Assembly (NCBI GenBank): GCA_951406725.2
Contig: OX597815.1
Span: 49,228,001 to 49,292,000, forward strand
Length of the DNA: 64,000 nt
Reading direction: 5' to 3'
From: Octopus vulgaris
Taxonomy: Eukaryota
The position numbers were made by a program, and so were the translations under genes. The notes beneath the pieces are model-generated. The model ran no database searches. It worked only from the letters and a program-made list of their open reading frames with translations, and was not told the origin of the DNA. Positions 13,213-26,475 of this stretch are shown here, piece after piece (positions within the stretch are counted from its first letter, which is position 1; each line of letters opens with the position of its first letter).

Positions 13213-13619
13213 GTATGATATGCATGTACACACACACATGACAGGGAATTTGTGTAATCATTAGAGCATTAGACAAGATTCCTTGCTGGATTTCTTCTGG
13301 TTCATTATTCTCTGAGTTTAAATGCTGTTGGTGTTAACTTTGCTTTTAATCTTTCTGGGACAAGTAAAGTGAACATCAGTTAAATGCTGGGCTGCATCTC
13401 TCTCCCTTGAACTGTCATGTTTTGAATGTTCTGTGGGTATCTCAAACAGTGTCTTGTATGTTCATCTTTATTATGGAAACCTTAAAAAAACTTAATGAAA
13501 GGCATGACACATATTAAGTCATTCCTAATTGTGAGTCATAGTCAGGTCAAATACAGAAGCATGCACTGTTGCAGTGCATCACTGCATCTACCATTTGTCG
13601 GTATCTGCTCAGGTAATCT

Positions 13620-14200
13620 TGGGCAACCATTTGAGCTATGTCTCAGTACCCTTCTCAATGAAATATTTCTTCATTTGATGTGAACTAAGGGGCATATGGT
13701 TGAACAGCATGAACCATCAACCCATCCAGATCCTCAGAGAAGAAAACATGGTACACAGAATCTGGCTTGGAAAATGAGCAACATGACCTAACAGTCTGAA
13801 CTGATGCTCCCAGATCTTACAAGTAACAGGACACAATCCTGGTTTCTGAGTATATAGTCATTGGTTGCATGCAAAATCCAACTAATGGCAGCTCTTAATC
13901 CTGTGCAGCATCCTGATACCAAAAGGAGTTCAAGTGGTTCCTAAGGGTCCCAAACAATGTCCAAGTTTAGCAAGTATAACGCAAGACAAAGAGAGCCAAA
14001 GACTTGAAGACCCAAACCTTCGTTCTCCTGCTTGGATATCAACAACACGAAACCCTTTTGTCCAGTGAGTCCACAACTACAACAGCATGTCTAAGTTTTT
14101 TTTAAAAACTTCAGACTCGCAGCTAATGTTGTTATGGCTCACCTTGCCAAAATAAGTGAAGAGGACAACAACTTCAACACTGGGTGCAGTCTATGCTCCA
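13620..14200 (-). mobile_element. RTE-clade LINE reverse transcriptase C-terminal fragment
   Basis: Minus translation SLDKRV...SRRTKVWVFKSL..VLRYTC*TWTL...LNSF...LLGHVAHFP resembles the RTE motif TK.RV..SLV.PVLLYGCETWTL. Confidence 0.75.
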
Positions 14201-15043
14201 ACTTGCAGTGAATGAGTTATAAATGCATTTTTACACACATGTATGTTTAGGCATAGGAACAGGAAAAAGAACACTAAATGTAGTAGATTTCACATTCGTC
14301 TGATGCTGATGACTCAGTCTGTCATTACTCAGGGTTTCTTGCTATATCTATACAGTCAGGGAACAATAATTTGCATATATGCAAATATGAGTATTTACAC
14401 ATAAGTACACATGCGTGCACACACACACTCTTCCTTTTGTACATGTGTGCATGGGTGAAAATATTCAATCATATATGTGTTTTAGAACGCATATCCAAAC
14501 GTGTATGCACACAACCATGTTTCTGACTATTTCATGTACATACACTTATATTCATTTGTGTATGTTACCATGAATATGTAAAAATAAGAACAATGGGTTT
14601 ATCTACACAGACAGTTCTGAACACACACTGTTTGCATCATATGCTTGTACAAGTGGTAGGTTCACATGATTAATGCATATATAATAAACACATACGTAAT
14701 TATACCTACAGACAATATTACCAACACACAAACCAAATCTATACTAATGTAGTTATTCATCAAACATTATCAAAGCTGGGCCAGGCAGTTTTGTCATCGT
14801 AAAAGTCCTAGGTGTACATTTATATTTCATTAAGCTTGTTGACTACATGTTGCCTTTAGCGAAATGGAATTTCACGATAAATAGGAGAAAATACTGTTAG
14901 TGTTGAGTCAGGCTTTGAGAAAGACAGATGAGAAAGGCGATTTCTACGCACAGAAATTTAATTACATGGAACTAGCAATTGCTGTTGTTTTCTTTTTTAA
15001 TTAATCGCCCATTAAGATATTATCAACATAATTGGAAAATTTG

Positions 15044-15076
<33 letters not shown>

Positions 15077-15230
15077 AGTGTGTGTGTGTGTGTGTGTATA
15101 TCTATGTATATATGTGTTGTGTGTAATTGTGTATATATGCATGTTTGTGTATGCATAGAAATATGTTGACATATATGTATGCATGTTACTCTCTCTCTCA
15201 ATTTATGTATGTATATATGCATGCATGTAC

Positions 15231-15270
<40 letters not shown>

Positions 15271-15504
15271 GTAAAATTTCACAAAGATTTATATGAACAT
15301 ACATAGAACTACATTCATATACATATGAATGCACAAAGAATATATATTTACATGCATACATACATACATTTACATACATATGTATATTGGCTACATAGCC
15401 TAACTGGCTAGCTAGGTAGATAAACAAATCAATAGACATGTTTGCACACACACATCAAGAATTATATTATATAAGATGCATGTATGTACAACACAATGCT
15501 TTCA

Positions 15505-15550
<46 letters not shown>

Positions 15551-16734
15551 GCACATACATGCTTACAAAAACACGTGTTCAGTCTACAAAAGCTGTCCCC
15601 ATCAGACATTTACTTTGCATTCTATGAATTATTATTCAGGAAATAACTATAATAGTTGGAGACATTTCTTAAATAGTGGAAGATATATTAAAAGCCTTTG
15701 TTAGAGAACTCTTGCATCAAATTTGTGACACCAAAACAGCAGCACTGAAGTTTGCAGTATGATAATTTGTAGCACTTAAAATGTGTCATCAAATCTTGAA
15801 GATCGAAAGTATAGGGTCTAAGGATGGGTCTGAGGAAAGCATTATGCACCAGTGTCTACTTTGGTATGATTTCTATGGCTGGATGCCCTTCCTAATACCA
15901 ATCACTTCGCTACATGTATAGTTCAGATAATCTTTTTATTATAACAATTCAAAGTAAAACAATAACAACTAACATCCGGTACTACCAAGTTTAATTTCTA
16001 GAAGAACCAACCAGTGATAGATTGTTTATTGGGTCATGCAAACCGTTAGAAATAGCAACCAATTTCTTCTCAAACAAAATTTTGCCCTTTTTGAAAAAGG
16101 GAAGGACACACTGGATAATGTAGTCTTAGATAAATTGTCTCATAACAAGATAGGAGTTTTCTGGCTAGAAGACTTTAATCATAGGTCTGTCTGTTTGATC
16201 TATTCTTAGATCAATAGTTAAAAATCAGCGGAGCTATTTTGTGCGTAGCCTTTTACTATGGAAGTATGATATTACATACGTATTTATTTCATATCAAATC
16301 TCTTCTTTCATTCTGTGATAGTTTGCACCACTCTTTTATCTCTTCTGCTCTTTTGGCTTCATTATTTCTTTGCAGTTTGTTTCTTTTATATACTATTTGG
16401 TGCTTCAGCTTTTGGTATCACAATTTTGGTATCCGCAACTCTAGTGCCACAGATTTGAGACAGCAGATTTCTGGTCACTCAATTAGGTCATAACTTCAGA
16501 GTTACAACATTGAAACCAGTTTGGATGACGTAGTTTTAGCACAATCTTAGTGACATAGTTTTGGCACAATTTTGGTGACATTTTAGGGAAACAACAGTTA
16601 TGATGTTACAAGTTTAAACAACAGTTAAGCACAGAGCCCAATATAATTGGCTAACCCCTTCTAAATTTGCTGTCCTTGTAGCAAAATTTGAAACAATAAT
16701 TATTCTTGTTGTTATTATTAATTATTGTTATTTA

Positions 16735-16906
16735 GGCAGCAAGCCATTAGAATCATTAGCACACTGGTGGCATTTTGTCCATCTTTACATCCTGAGTTCA
16801 AACTCCACCAAAGTCAACTTTGCCTTTAATCATTTTGAAACTGGGATTGATGTAATCGGCTTACCCCTCCCCCGAAGTTGTTGGCCTTGTACCAAAATTT
16901 GAAACC
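16735..16906 (+). mobile_element. SINE family B
   Basis: Family B head and central domain with deletions. Confidence 0.75.
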
Positions 16907-17022
16907 ACGATTATTATTATTATTATTGCTATTGTTGCATCACTAAGTAACAGTACCAACAATTGTTATGTACTTGCAGTGACTGTCATTATTTCAAGTT
17001 ACAGCAATTTGCCTTGATGATG

Positions 17023-17075
<53 letters not shown>

Positions 17076-17076
17076 T

Positions 17077-17305
17077 TATTTCTTTATGGCCCACAGGGAG
17101 CTAAACATAGAGGGGACAAACAAGGACAGACAAAGGGATTAAGTCGATTACAGTAACTCCAGTGCATAAATGGTGCTTATTTAATTGACCCTGAAAGGAT
17201 GAAAGGTAAAATTGACCTAGGCTGAATTTGAACTCAAAACATAAACGGCAGACAAAATACTGCTAAGCATTTTGTCCAGCGTGCTAACGATTCTGCCAAC
17301 TTGCC
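17077..17305 (-). mobile_element. SINE family B
   Basis: Reverse complement of 60443-60672, abutting (TAA)n. Confidence 0.85.
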
Positions 17306-17549
17306 AAATAATAATAAGAGACTCAGTATAGTGCCGGTGAAGAAATATGAACTTGAGAGTGTGTCCACTGGAAATCAAACAACTTGACCTACTGACCATT
17401 ACAACCACATGGCTGTAATGTCACAGTGATGGCATAAAGTTGACATTTCAGATTTAGTAGCAACTAGTCCAAAACATCTGGAACTAGAAAAATCATTTAT
17501 TGGTTCTTTTCTCTCCATTTGTGTCTTTTACCCATCTATCTCATTTGAT

Positions 17550-18158
17550 TGATGGGCACCACCTTGAATTTTAAGTCAAATGAAACAACCTCAGTAGTTA
17601 TTTTTTTTTAAGCCCACTACTTATTCTATCAGTCCTTTATGACAAACTGCTAAGTTACAGGAATGTAAACACTCCAATGTTGGTTGTCAAGCAGTGGTGG
17701 GAAACAAACACAAACAACACACACACACCCGTGTGTGTGTGTGTGTGTGCATAATGGGCTTCTTTCAGTTTCTTATTGCATTACTACTCACAAGGGGCTA
17801 CACACAGAGGGGACAAACAAGGACAAGTAAACAGATTAAGTTGATTACATCGACCCCAGTGCTTAACTGGAACTTATTTAATTGACCCCGAAAGGATGAA
17901 AGGCAAAGTTGACCTTGGCGGAATTTCAATTCCAAACGTAAAGACAGACAAAATACCGCTAAGAATTTCACCCAGTGTGCTAACATTTCAGCCAGCTCGC
18001 CACCTTCTTTCAGTTTCTTTCCACCAAATCCACTCACAAGGCCTTGGTTGGCCTGATGCTATACTAGAAGACACTTGGCTAATGTGTCACATAGTGGGAC
18101 TGAACCCAGAATAATGTGGTTGGGAAACAAGCTTCTTATTACAGCCACACCTGTGCCT
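17550..18158 (-). mobile_element. SINE family A interrupted by a family B SINE (17772-18005)
   Basis: CTTCTTTCAGTTTCTT occurs on both sides of the family B insert. Confidence 0.8.
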
Positions 18159-18771
18159 ATTTAAGTAATTACATATAAGTAAATTGCTTGATCAATGCTT
18201 TGTGACTGGAATTTGATCTTGAGAAACTGCACAGAAACCAATATTTCTGAAGTATAAATTAAAGAATTTTAAGTCATAGCCTGCACCATACTACAGATCC
18301 TTCAACTACTACAAAAACCATTACAAAAGCAACAAACATAAGGTAGCAAATAAGTATTTGCGCTGATGAGGTCAGATATCAATATTGTCTGAGAAAAGGT
18401 TAGCTTGCTAGATTATTTACTGTATCAATTATGGAAGGCTAATCTTGAAATTTAGCCATTGCTGAATTTGAACTTAGTAGAGAGAAGGCTGCTGAACCAA
18501 ACCACATAAAGCAACTCAGTCCAGTCTCGTTAACTATCCAGTTTTGAGACTATATCACTGTCTCACTGATCCAGTCAAGGCCAGTTCTCTATCCTCTACA
18601 TAGAAAGAATATCATTGCTTCCCTCCATCAGTCCAGACTAGTTCTCTATCTACTATACAGGTCCCTGCTTTCTTCATCTAGTCCAGATTATATTGTTCTA
18701 TATTTTTGAGATTAGGAATTCTGTACATTATTTACATTAGATGGATATGTCTCCTCATCTTGTTTGTTGTT

Positions 18772-18817
18772 ACCACAACATTTTGGCTAATTCACTCTCC
18801 AGCCTTCATCAGGTGTC
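18772..18817 (-). ncRNA. degenerate hammerhead motif (family H1)
   Basis: Reverse complement GACAC CTGATGA A GGCTG GAGAGTGAAT TAGCC AAAA TGTT GTGGT; GAAA is mutated to AAAA. Confidence 0.5.
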
Positions 18818-19142
18818 CTGGTGGAATTTTGAACCCAACCCTAGGTTCTCATTCCTAAAGTATTTTTTTGCTGATGTTATTATTATTATTATTATTATTA
18901 TTATCATTATTATTTATTCATGGCACTGCTTGGAATTGAACTTGGAATCTTGGGGTTAGTAGCTCATGCTCTTAACCACTATGCTATATGCCTGTGGGCA
19001 TGTAGCATAATGGTTAAGCCCACAGGCATATAGTGTAGTGGTTAAGCCCATAGGCATATAATGTAGTGGTTAAGAGCATGGACTACTAACCCCAAGATTC
19101 TGAGTTCAATTCCAGGCAGTGTCTTGAATATATAATAACAAC

Positions 19143-19201
<59 letters not shown>

Positions 19202-19262
19202 TAACATCAGCAAAAAATACCTTAGGAATGAGAACCCAGGGTTGGGTTCAAAATTCCACCAG

Positions 19263-19308
19263 GACACCTGATGAAGGCTGGAGAGTAAATTAGCTGAAAC
19301 ATTGTGGC
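19263..19308 (+). ncRNA. hammerhead motif (family H1)
   Basis: GACAC CTGATGA A GGCTG GAGAGTAAAT TAGCT GAAA CATT GTGGC. Confidence 0.6.
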
Positions 19309-20502
19309 AACAACAAACAAGATGAGGACACATATCGGTCCAATGTAAATAATGTAGTCCAGATTAGTTATCTGCTAATAGAGATTATGATGTCACATCT
19401 ACTCTCAACCAATCCAAACCAGTTCTTTATCTACTATACAAGCTCAAGTCACTGCTTTCCTCATTTAGTCCAGATTAGTTATCTGCTAATAGAGATTGTG
19501 ATATCACATCTACTCCTATCCAGTCCAGACCATTTCTCTATCCACTGTACATACTGCAATATCAGTACTGCCCTCAAGGTAAGGAAGGTGATTTCAGCAG
19601 TGACAACATTTAACACAGGAACAACACTGATATTAGCATACAACATCTAAAGTATAAAACAACAACCACAACTACTACTAACACTAGATTCTATAACCAT
19701 CCACATTACAACCACACCACCAACCTACACCACTGTTTCCGTCACCACCACTGCCATCACCACCATCGTCGTCGCCACCATCACCACCATCACCACCACC
19801 ACCGCCACCATTACAACAACAACATGTTTGTGGTCTCCAGAATAAGCTGGTGTGGTGTATAAAATATTCGTTACATTAGCAGTAACCAATAAGTCCACCC
19901 TGAAGGCTTTGTGGTTTCCTGATTACTTTCTGTTTAGTTACCGCATCCTTTTTCTTTTTTTATCTTATTTTATTTCATTTTATTTCCCACCATCATCAAC
20001 ACTCTTTGTTTCACTTCATCCTTTCTCTTCACTAGTAACGCATATTCCACCTCTCCACTAACAACTGCAGACACCTCACCTAACCGAAACTGAAGACCAA
20101 ACATTTTCATTCAAAACACCGTTGGCAGGCTGGAGTGTAAAGCTATTGGTGACTAACAAATGAACTGGCTTTAAACATAGTTGTTAAAATTGTAGTTGCT
20201 GCTGTTGTAGTCGTTATTGCTGTTGTCACTGTTGTTGCTGTTGTTGTTTTTTTAAATAAATTCCTTTATTTAATTTTGGAACTTAGTGTTTGATTTTAAA
20301 CTCGAACTATCGTCTTGTGCTGTACATGTTGCACCAAGAACTTGTCCTTGCATTTTGCATATACACACACTCATGTACATAAACACACACATACACATAC
20401 AGACAAACAAACACACACACGTGCACATAATGTATATATGCATTCATGATGCACATTTATATTCACTGACACCAATACATCTACAAATACTTGTACATAC
20501 CT

Positions 20503-20577
20503 AAATATATATATGTATATATATATATGTATATATATGTATATATATATATGTATATATATGTATATATATGTATA

Positions 20578-20631
<54 letters not shown>

Positions 20632-20650
20632 CATATATACATATACATGC

Positions 20651-20702
<52 letters not shown>

Positions 20703-21147
20703 ATATATATATATGTTTGTACAAATATACATACATACAAACATACATATATATATATGCATACACACATAAACACACACAGACATACTTTCACACAACC
20801 CTTGTCTTTTCAATTTGTTGGCTGAAGTTGTTGAACACAGAGTTCATAGAAATTTCAGTTCAATTAAATCCAGTGTTTGTTTTCTATTTTACTTACATGT
20901 CAAGTGAGTCCATATGTCTTCAGTTGACTTTAGCACAAGTTGTAATGGAAAATTTAAAACACAATTCACTAGCCAGACCAAACCCAACACTATTACATCA
21001 CACTTCTAAAATTTGATTAGAAAATTTAAACAAACACATATATCTAGCCATGCACACATACGGACACACACAAAACGTGCATATACATACAAACACACAG
21101 ACTATATATACCTGTATATATATAGGAAATACATATACCAATATTTA

Positions 21148-21185
<38 letters not shown>

Positions 21186-21620
21186 CACGCACACATTTAT
21201 AGACATACAGACATATATATATGTATGTACATACATACATTTATATACATATATATATGTATGTATATACATACAAATATATATATATGTATATACATAC
21301 ATGTATATACATACAAATATATATATATATATATACATTTATATACATATATAGATATATATATATATATACATGCATTTATATATATATATACATACAT
21401 TTATATACATACATATATATACATACATTTATATACATACATTTATATACATATATATATATATATATATATGTATACACATTTATATACATACATCATA
21501 CATATATATATAGATATATATATATACATACATACATTTATGTACATACATCATACATATATATAGATATATATACATACATACCTTTATATACATACAC
21601 ACACACATATGTATACACAC
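20503..21620. repeat. two TA-rich compound microsatellite tracts
   Basis: 20503-20770 and 21100-21620. Confidence 0.9.
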
Positions 21621-22423
21621 ACACATGTTTGTGTGAATGTATGCACATAGATATTGTTTCAGGTGGGAAAGTAGATATTCTAAAAATTTTAAATTACTTT
21701 TTAATGAAATAAACATTTTTAAAATCACACACTCACACACATGCATACATACAGCCCACATGTACACACAGAGTTATATACACATGCACAGCAAACAATG
21801 TCGAATGTAATGAACTTGTTAAGAGAGATGTTAGCCCAGACCAACTTCTAAGACATTTAATCAGAGGTGACTCGGTTTCAAATCCTGTGGAATCTTGATT
21901 GATCCTAATACTTTATAAAAATGTATTAAATTTATGAATGGGTATTTGTGTGTATGCGTTATTGTTCAGTTGTAAGTCAGTCTTCATGAAATAGATCTAT
22001 GGCTGAATGCATTCCAATCATGGCCTTCTTGTCATTTTGCACAGCAATGGATTACAGGGTGTGACCAAAAACTTTGAAGCCACCAGAAGAGAAAAAGAAG
22101 AAATCAAATGACAAGTCTCAACAATATCAACCTTATCCTCCACCAACAGTGACTCTTCTATGCAAGAATTGGTCTACAGAGTCATCAACACCATCACCAT
22201 AAAGGAAGCATTCAGCAAAGAAGAAACTAAATTCACGGATACAAGATAAAGCCTCACCACCACCACAACAACAACAGGATGCAATTTGTAGACTTTTCTT
22301 TTTTCTCTTTATGAAGTTAGAAAGTTGTAATTTGAGGGAGATTTGGCTACTATTTCTCAACAGATCGAATGATTGCACAGAAGCTTTCACACGGTTTGTC
22401 TTTATATGTCTGTGATTGCTAGG

Positions 22424-22640
22424 TGGCAAGGTGGCAGAATCATTAGTGTTGGCAGAAAAAAAAATGCTCAGTGGTATTTCTTATGGGTCTGTACATTCTG
22501 AGTTCAAATACCACTAAAGACAACTTTGCCTTTCATTCTTATGGCTTCATAAAATGAAGTACCAGTCAAGTGCTGGGTTAATGGCATTGATTAACCCCTT
22601 CTTTCAAATTTCAGGCTTTCTACTTATGCCAGAGACAATA
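22424..22640 (+). mobile_element. SINE family B, diverged
   Basis: GGCAGAATCATTAG...GAGTTCAAAT...TTTGCCTTTCAT...AAGTACCAG. Confidence 0.75.
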
Positions 22641-22727
22641 TGAACATTTGTAGTGGGATGTTGATATTTGACTCATTTTAGCAAATACTTTCATCCTTGT
22701 AGGAAGTTTTTAAGTTACTGCTTGTAA

Positions 22728-23026
22728 AAAGACTCCACTTCAGTCATTAATGACCATGGGATTGCACCTAGAAAGTTCCCCACTAAGTTACAAATCTGGG
22801 CAAGGGTGTTTCTGGAAGACTAGCTGTCACCCATGCATATCATCCTCCCCTCTCCATGCTACTGATGTTATCCAAGGGAAAGGCAAAGGCCAATACAGCT
22901 TGGCACCAGTGACATCACAACTCATTTCTACAGCTGAGCTCAAGAACACAGCCTGGTCTGAGAGTCAAAGTCACTAACTCATGATTGTGAGTCCAATGTT
23001 CTAAAGACTGAGCCATGTGCCTTCAC
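22728..23026 (-). mobile_element. SINE family D
   Basis: Colinear with 11070-11347; TSD TGCTTGTAA. Confidence 0.8.
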
Positions 23027-23306
23027 TGCTTGTAACCACGAAGTATAAGTATACTGACAGTACTGCAGAAAACACCTTTGTTGTAAGATTTCTTTGAAAT
23101 TTTGGAACTTTCTCACTAATTATTTTCTTTTTCATATCTGACTTTACTAACAGTAAACTTCATCTTTATTTGTTAATTCATTATTTCATATTCAGAAAAT
23201 AAAATTCTTTCCATTATAAAAAAATATATTCTCATCCAAAATAATCTGGGCAAATGATTTTTCTACACTTAGCTGAACATGCTTTTACAGTTTTATCAAG
23301 AATATT

Positions 23307-23531
23307 GGTTTCCAATTTTAGCACAATGCCAGCAATTTCATGAGGTGCCAGTAGTGGGGTAAGTCAATTAAATTGACCCCAGTGCTCAACTGGGACTCAT
23401 TTTATTGACCCTGGAAAAATGAAAGGCAAAGTCAACCTCGACAGAATATAAACTCAGAGCATAAAGATGAACAGAATGTTGGTAGGCATTTTGTCCAGCA
23501 TGCTTACAATTCTGCCAGGTTGCAACGTTAA
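23307..23531 (-). mobile_element. SINE family B
   Basis: 16-bp TSD TTTTATCAAGAATATT (23291-306 / 23532-547). Confidence 0.85.
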
Positions 23532-23674
23532 TTTTATCAAGAATATTAGATTAGAGTAGAGCCCTTTTCATGCATGGCTTAAGTTACAGATGATCTGTAC
23601 TGTCAAGCATATTCTCATAGTTCAGCCACAGCTGCCTGTGGATGAAACCCTTCTCAAATTTATGCACTTGTAAG

Positions 23675-23890
23675 GGGGTGAGCTGGCAGAATCATTAGCA
23701 TGTCATGCAAAATGTTTAGTGGCACTTTGTCTATCTTTACATTCTGAGTTCAAATTCTGCTGTGGTCAACTTTGCCTTTCATCCTTTTGGGGGTTGATAA
23801 AATAAGTACCTGTTGAACTCTGGGGTCAATGTAATCGAACTGGACCCCTCTCCCTGAATTGCTGGCCGTGTGCTGAAATTTGAAACCAAC
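23675..23890 (+). mobile_element. SINE family B
   Basis: Colinear with family B; tail ...GGCCGTGTGCTGAAATTTGAAACC. Confidence 0.85.
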
Positions 23891-24616
23891 CTTTTACATT
23901 TGTGGAATGTCTGATTACCATTATGAAAAGAAGATCAGATATAATATTTTACCCAACATCTTTTAATGTTCTTAAAGTCCATTGTATTTCTACCGTTTCT
24001 GTATTTCTTGACATGAACAGTGAGAGTCAGCAAGAATCTGTTGAAAGGTAGTTGTGTAGTTCCTGGTCAATTCTGGTCAAGGAAACCTTTGACATGTATA
24101 CAACAAGCAGACCTTCATTGCTCCAGATATACCGCAGGCCTCATGCCTCAGGCTAGTTAAGGCCTATAATGTTTGACATGTAGCTGTTTATTGTACTAAG
24201 TGACTACTGTGAAACAATCTGGACAGTGATGGAAAATCCTCAGGTCAGATCAGGTTACAAACAGCAGATTATGCAATTATTTATAAAATACATATAAACT
24301 CCTATTTGCACATAATATACACAAACACATACACACACACACACAATTTCACACAGACATCTATATTATCACACATCTATATTATCCAGTTTTTTTATTC
24401 AATTTCAACTAGCTTTTAGTGTTTGTCTTTTATTTGTTTGCGATGCAGTCAATTGTTTATCATCCCAAAAATTCCCATTATCTTGAATAATGATAATACC
24501 TTATCCAATCAACTTTAAATGTTTATTCAGTCAGATACCAAGCATTTTTTACTTCACTGTTTACTAATAAAACCATGACAACTACAGTATTACAGAACTA
24601 CTACAAAATATTTGTG

Positions 24617-24656
24617 ACTGTCTGGTGATAGGTAACATGAATCTCTGAGTAACAGT
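24617..24656 (+). ncRNA. decayed copy of family H2 hammerhead
   Basis: ACTGT CTGGTGA TAGGTAACAT GAAT CTCTGAG TA ACAGT aligns with 10924-10963. Confidence 0.45.
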
Positions 24657-24686
24657 TTGTGAAGTCTTTTCACTTTCATTATCTCT

Positions 24687-24728
<42 letters not shown>

Positions 24729-25115
24729 GGCGCAGGAGTGGCTGTGTGGTAAGTAGCTTGTTTACCAACCACATAGTTCCGGGCTCAGTCCCACTGCATG
24801 GCACCTTGGGCAAGTGTCTTCTACTATAGCCTCGGGCCGACCAAAGCCTTGTGAGTGGATTTGGTAGACAGAAACTGAAAGAAGTCCATCATATATATAT
24901 ATGTTTGAGTGTATTTGCGTGTGTCTGTGTTTGTCTCCTCCAACATCTCTTGACAACTAATGCTGGTGTGTTTACGTCCCTGTAACTTAGCAGTTTGGCA
25001 AAAAGTACTGGAATAAGTACTAGGCTTACAAAGAATAAATCCTGGGGTCGATTTGCTTGACTAAAGGCGGTGTTCTAGCATGGCTGCAGTCAAATGACTG
25101 AAACAAGTAAAAGAG
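24729..25115 (+). mobile_element. tRNA-derived SINE family A, full length
   Basis: GGCGCAGGAG TGGCTGTGTGGT (A box)...GGGCTCAGTCCC (B box), CORE-like CCTTGGGCAAGTG, internal TA/TG microsatellite, tail GAAACAAGTAAAAGAG. Confidence 0.9.
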
Positions 25116-25215
25116 TATATATATATATATGGGCATCTAATTTTTCCCTGTAAGTTTGGAGCCATACTCCCTAATATTATTATCATTATTATTATATATA
25201 TATATATATATATAT

Positions 25216-25314
25216 ATAATATCGATGAAGTAAGCAAAAGATAGAATTGGTATAACTCTTTACAGAATAAAGAGTTATATCAATTCCATCTTTAGTTTAC
25301 TCAATCGATATTAT
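25216..25314. repeat. hairpin, ~47-bp arms, 5-nt loop
   Basis: ATAATATCGATGAAGTAAGC...TATAACTCTTTA CAGAA TAAAGAGTTATA...TCAATCGATATTAT. Confidence 0.8.
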
Positions 25315-25470
25315 CTCAACTAACACTGCAAAATTCCTGAAATAGATCCAATGGAAATATACCCCAACTGCGGATGACACCAGGTAGCCTAAATTGTACC
25401 AGTGCTTTACTCAACACATCAACAAACTAATTGACATACTGATTAGTCCAAAATATGGCATATATACATA

Positions 25471-26475
25471 CGAGGTCTGATCAGTAAATATCTGGATTGG
25501 TGCCATAAAAACAAAACTACAACATGTACCAATCTGGCATTTAATCTCCTTCAAAGTAGTCCCCTTCAGAAGCCACACATTTAATTCAGCATTGTTTTCA
25601 TTGATGGAAGCATTCCTGGAACTCGTTTTTTGGGATAATCAGCAGCAGCCTTATTGTATTCTCTTGGATTTCCTCAATGCCCTGAAATCTTCTTCCTTTC
25701 AAGCAGGATTTGATTTTTGGAAAGAGGAAAAACTTGCAAGATAGAATAAGTACTAGGCTTACAAAGAATAACTCCTGGGGTTGATATGTTTGACTAAAGA
25801 CAGTGCTCCAGCATGGCTGCAGTCAACATGACTGAAAGAAAAGAAAAGAATATATATATATATTTATATTAATTCATATTTATACTGGGAAATACAGTGG
25901 CTGTCAGACCTGAGGAATGCTGTGCTGAACCAAAACCTGCTGTACAAGCTGTGCTGAATGGGCAGGTGTGTTATCATGGTGCAATTGTCACTCACCAGAT
26001 GCATGCAATTGTGGCCTTTTCTGATGAATAGCAAATGCTGCAAAACATCGTGGTAGTACTCCTTATTTACTGTCTGGTGCATACTCATGACGAACAATCC
26101 CCTTGTAGTTGAGTAAAATGATCAACAGTGTCTTCACATTGCTTCGACTCATTCATGCTTTCTTTGGTTTGGAAAGATTGGAGTCTTCTACTGTGAAGAC
26201 TGAGCCTTTGTTTCAGAGTTATAGCCATAGACCCATGATTCATCTCCAGTTTTGACCATTTTCAAAAAGTTTTCATCGTTCTCAACCCAATCAAAGAAAT
26301 CTTGTGCAACTGAAACCTGAGTGCCTTTTTGGTCAGCTGAAAGCAGTTTTGGCACAAACTTGGCAGACACACATCTCATACCCAAATCTTCAGTGATAAT
26401 GGACTGAACTAAACTGTAACTAATGTGCACATCCTCTGATAACTCACAGATGGTGATTTGATGATTTCCCCTTAC
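25471..26475 (-). mobile_element. degenerate mariner (Tc1/mariner) transposon, interrupted by a SINE tail
   Basis: Transposase motifs SAKFVPKLL, TGDESWVYGY, HHDNTPAH, FFLFPKIK..LKGRRF and terminal EGDYFEGD* (stop at 25541-43). End begins TA|CGAGGTCTG at 25469-71. Confidence 0.9.

Larger units (their letters stand above)
18691..19354. mobile_element. family H1 head-to-head inverted dimer
   Basis: Minus copy ~18695-18999 and plus copy ~19046-19354, joined through tandem 28-bp copies of the tRNA 5' end. Flanked by 12-bp direct repeat TAGTCCAGATTA (18679-18690 / 19355-19366). Confidence 0.85.
18518..19550. repeat. diverged minisatellite (AGTCCAGA..AGTT.T.TATC units) split by the H1 dimer
   Basis: Recurrent CCAGTCCAGAC/TAGTCCAGATT...TCTATC motifs at 18518-18690 and 19355-19550. 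Confidence 0.6.

Noticed and set aside
18358-18405. CTGATGA-GG-TCAGATA/TGTCTGA-GAAA hammerhead-like string
   Set aside because: Stem II forms, but stems I and III do not pair convincingly and there is no second copy in the window.
18990-19075. 28-bp direct repeats superficially like CRISPR repeats
   Set aside because: No spacers, eukaryotic context, and the unit is the 5' end of the H1 tRNA-like head.
19053-19125. Possible functional tRNA gene
   Set aside because: Acceptor and T stems are imperfect and it continues into a repeat body, so it is a SINE head.
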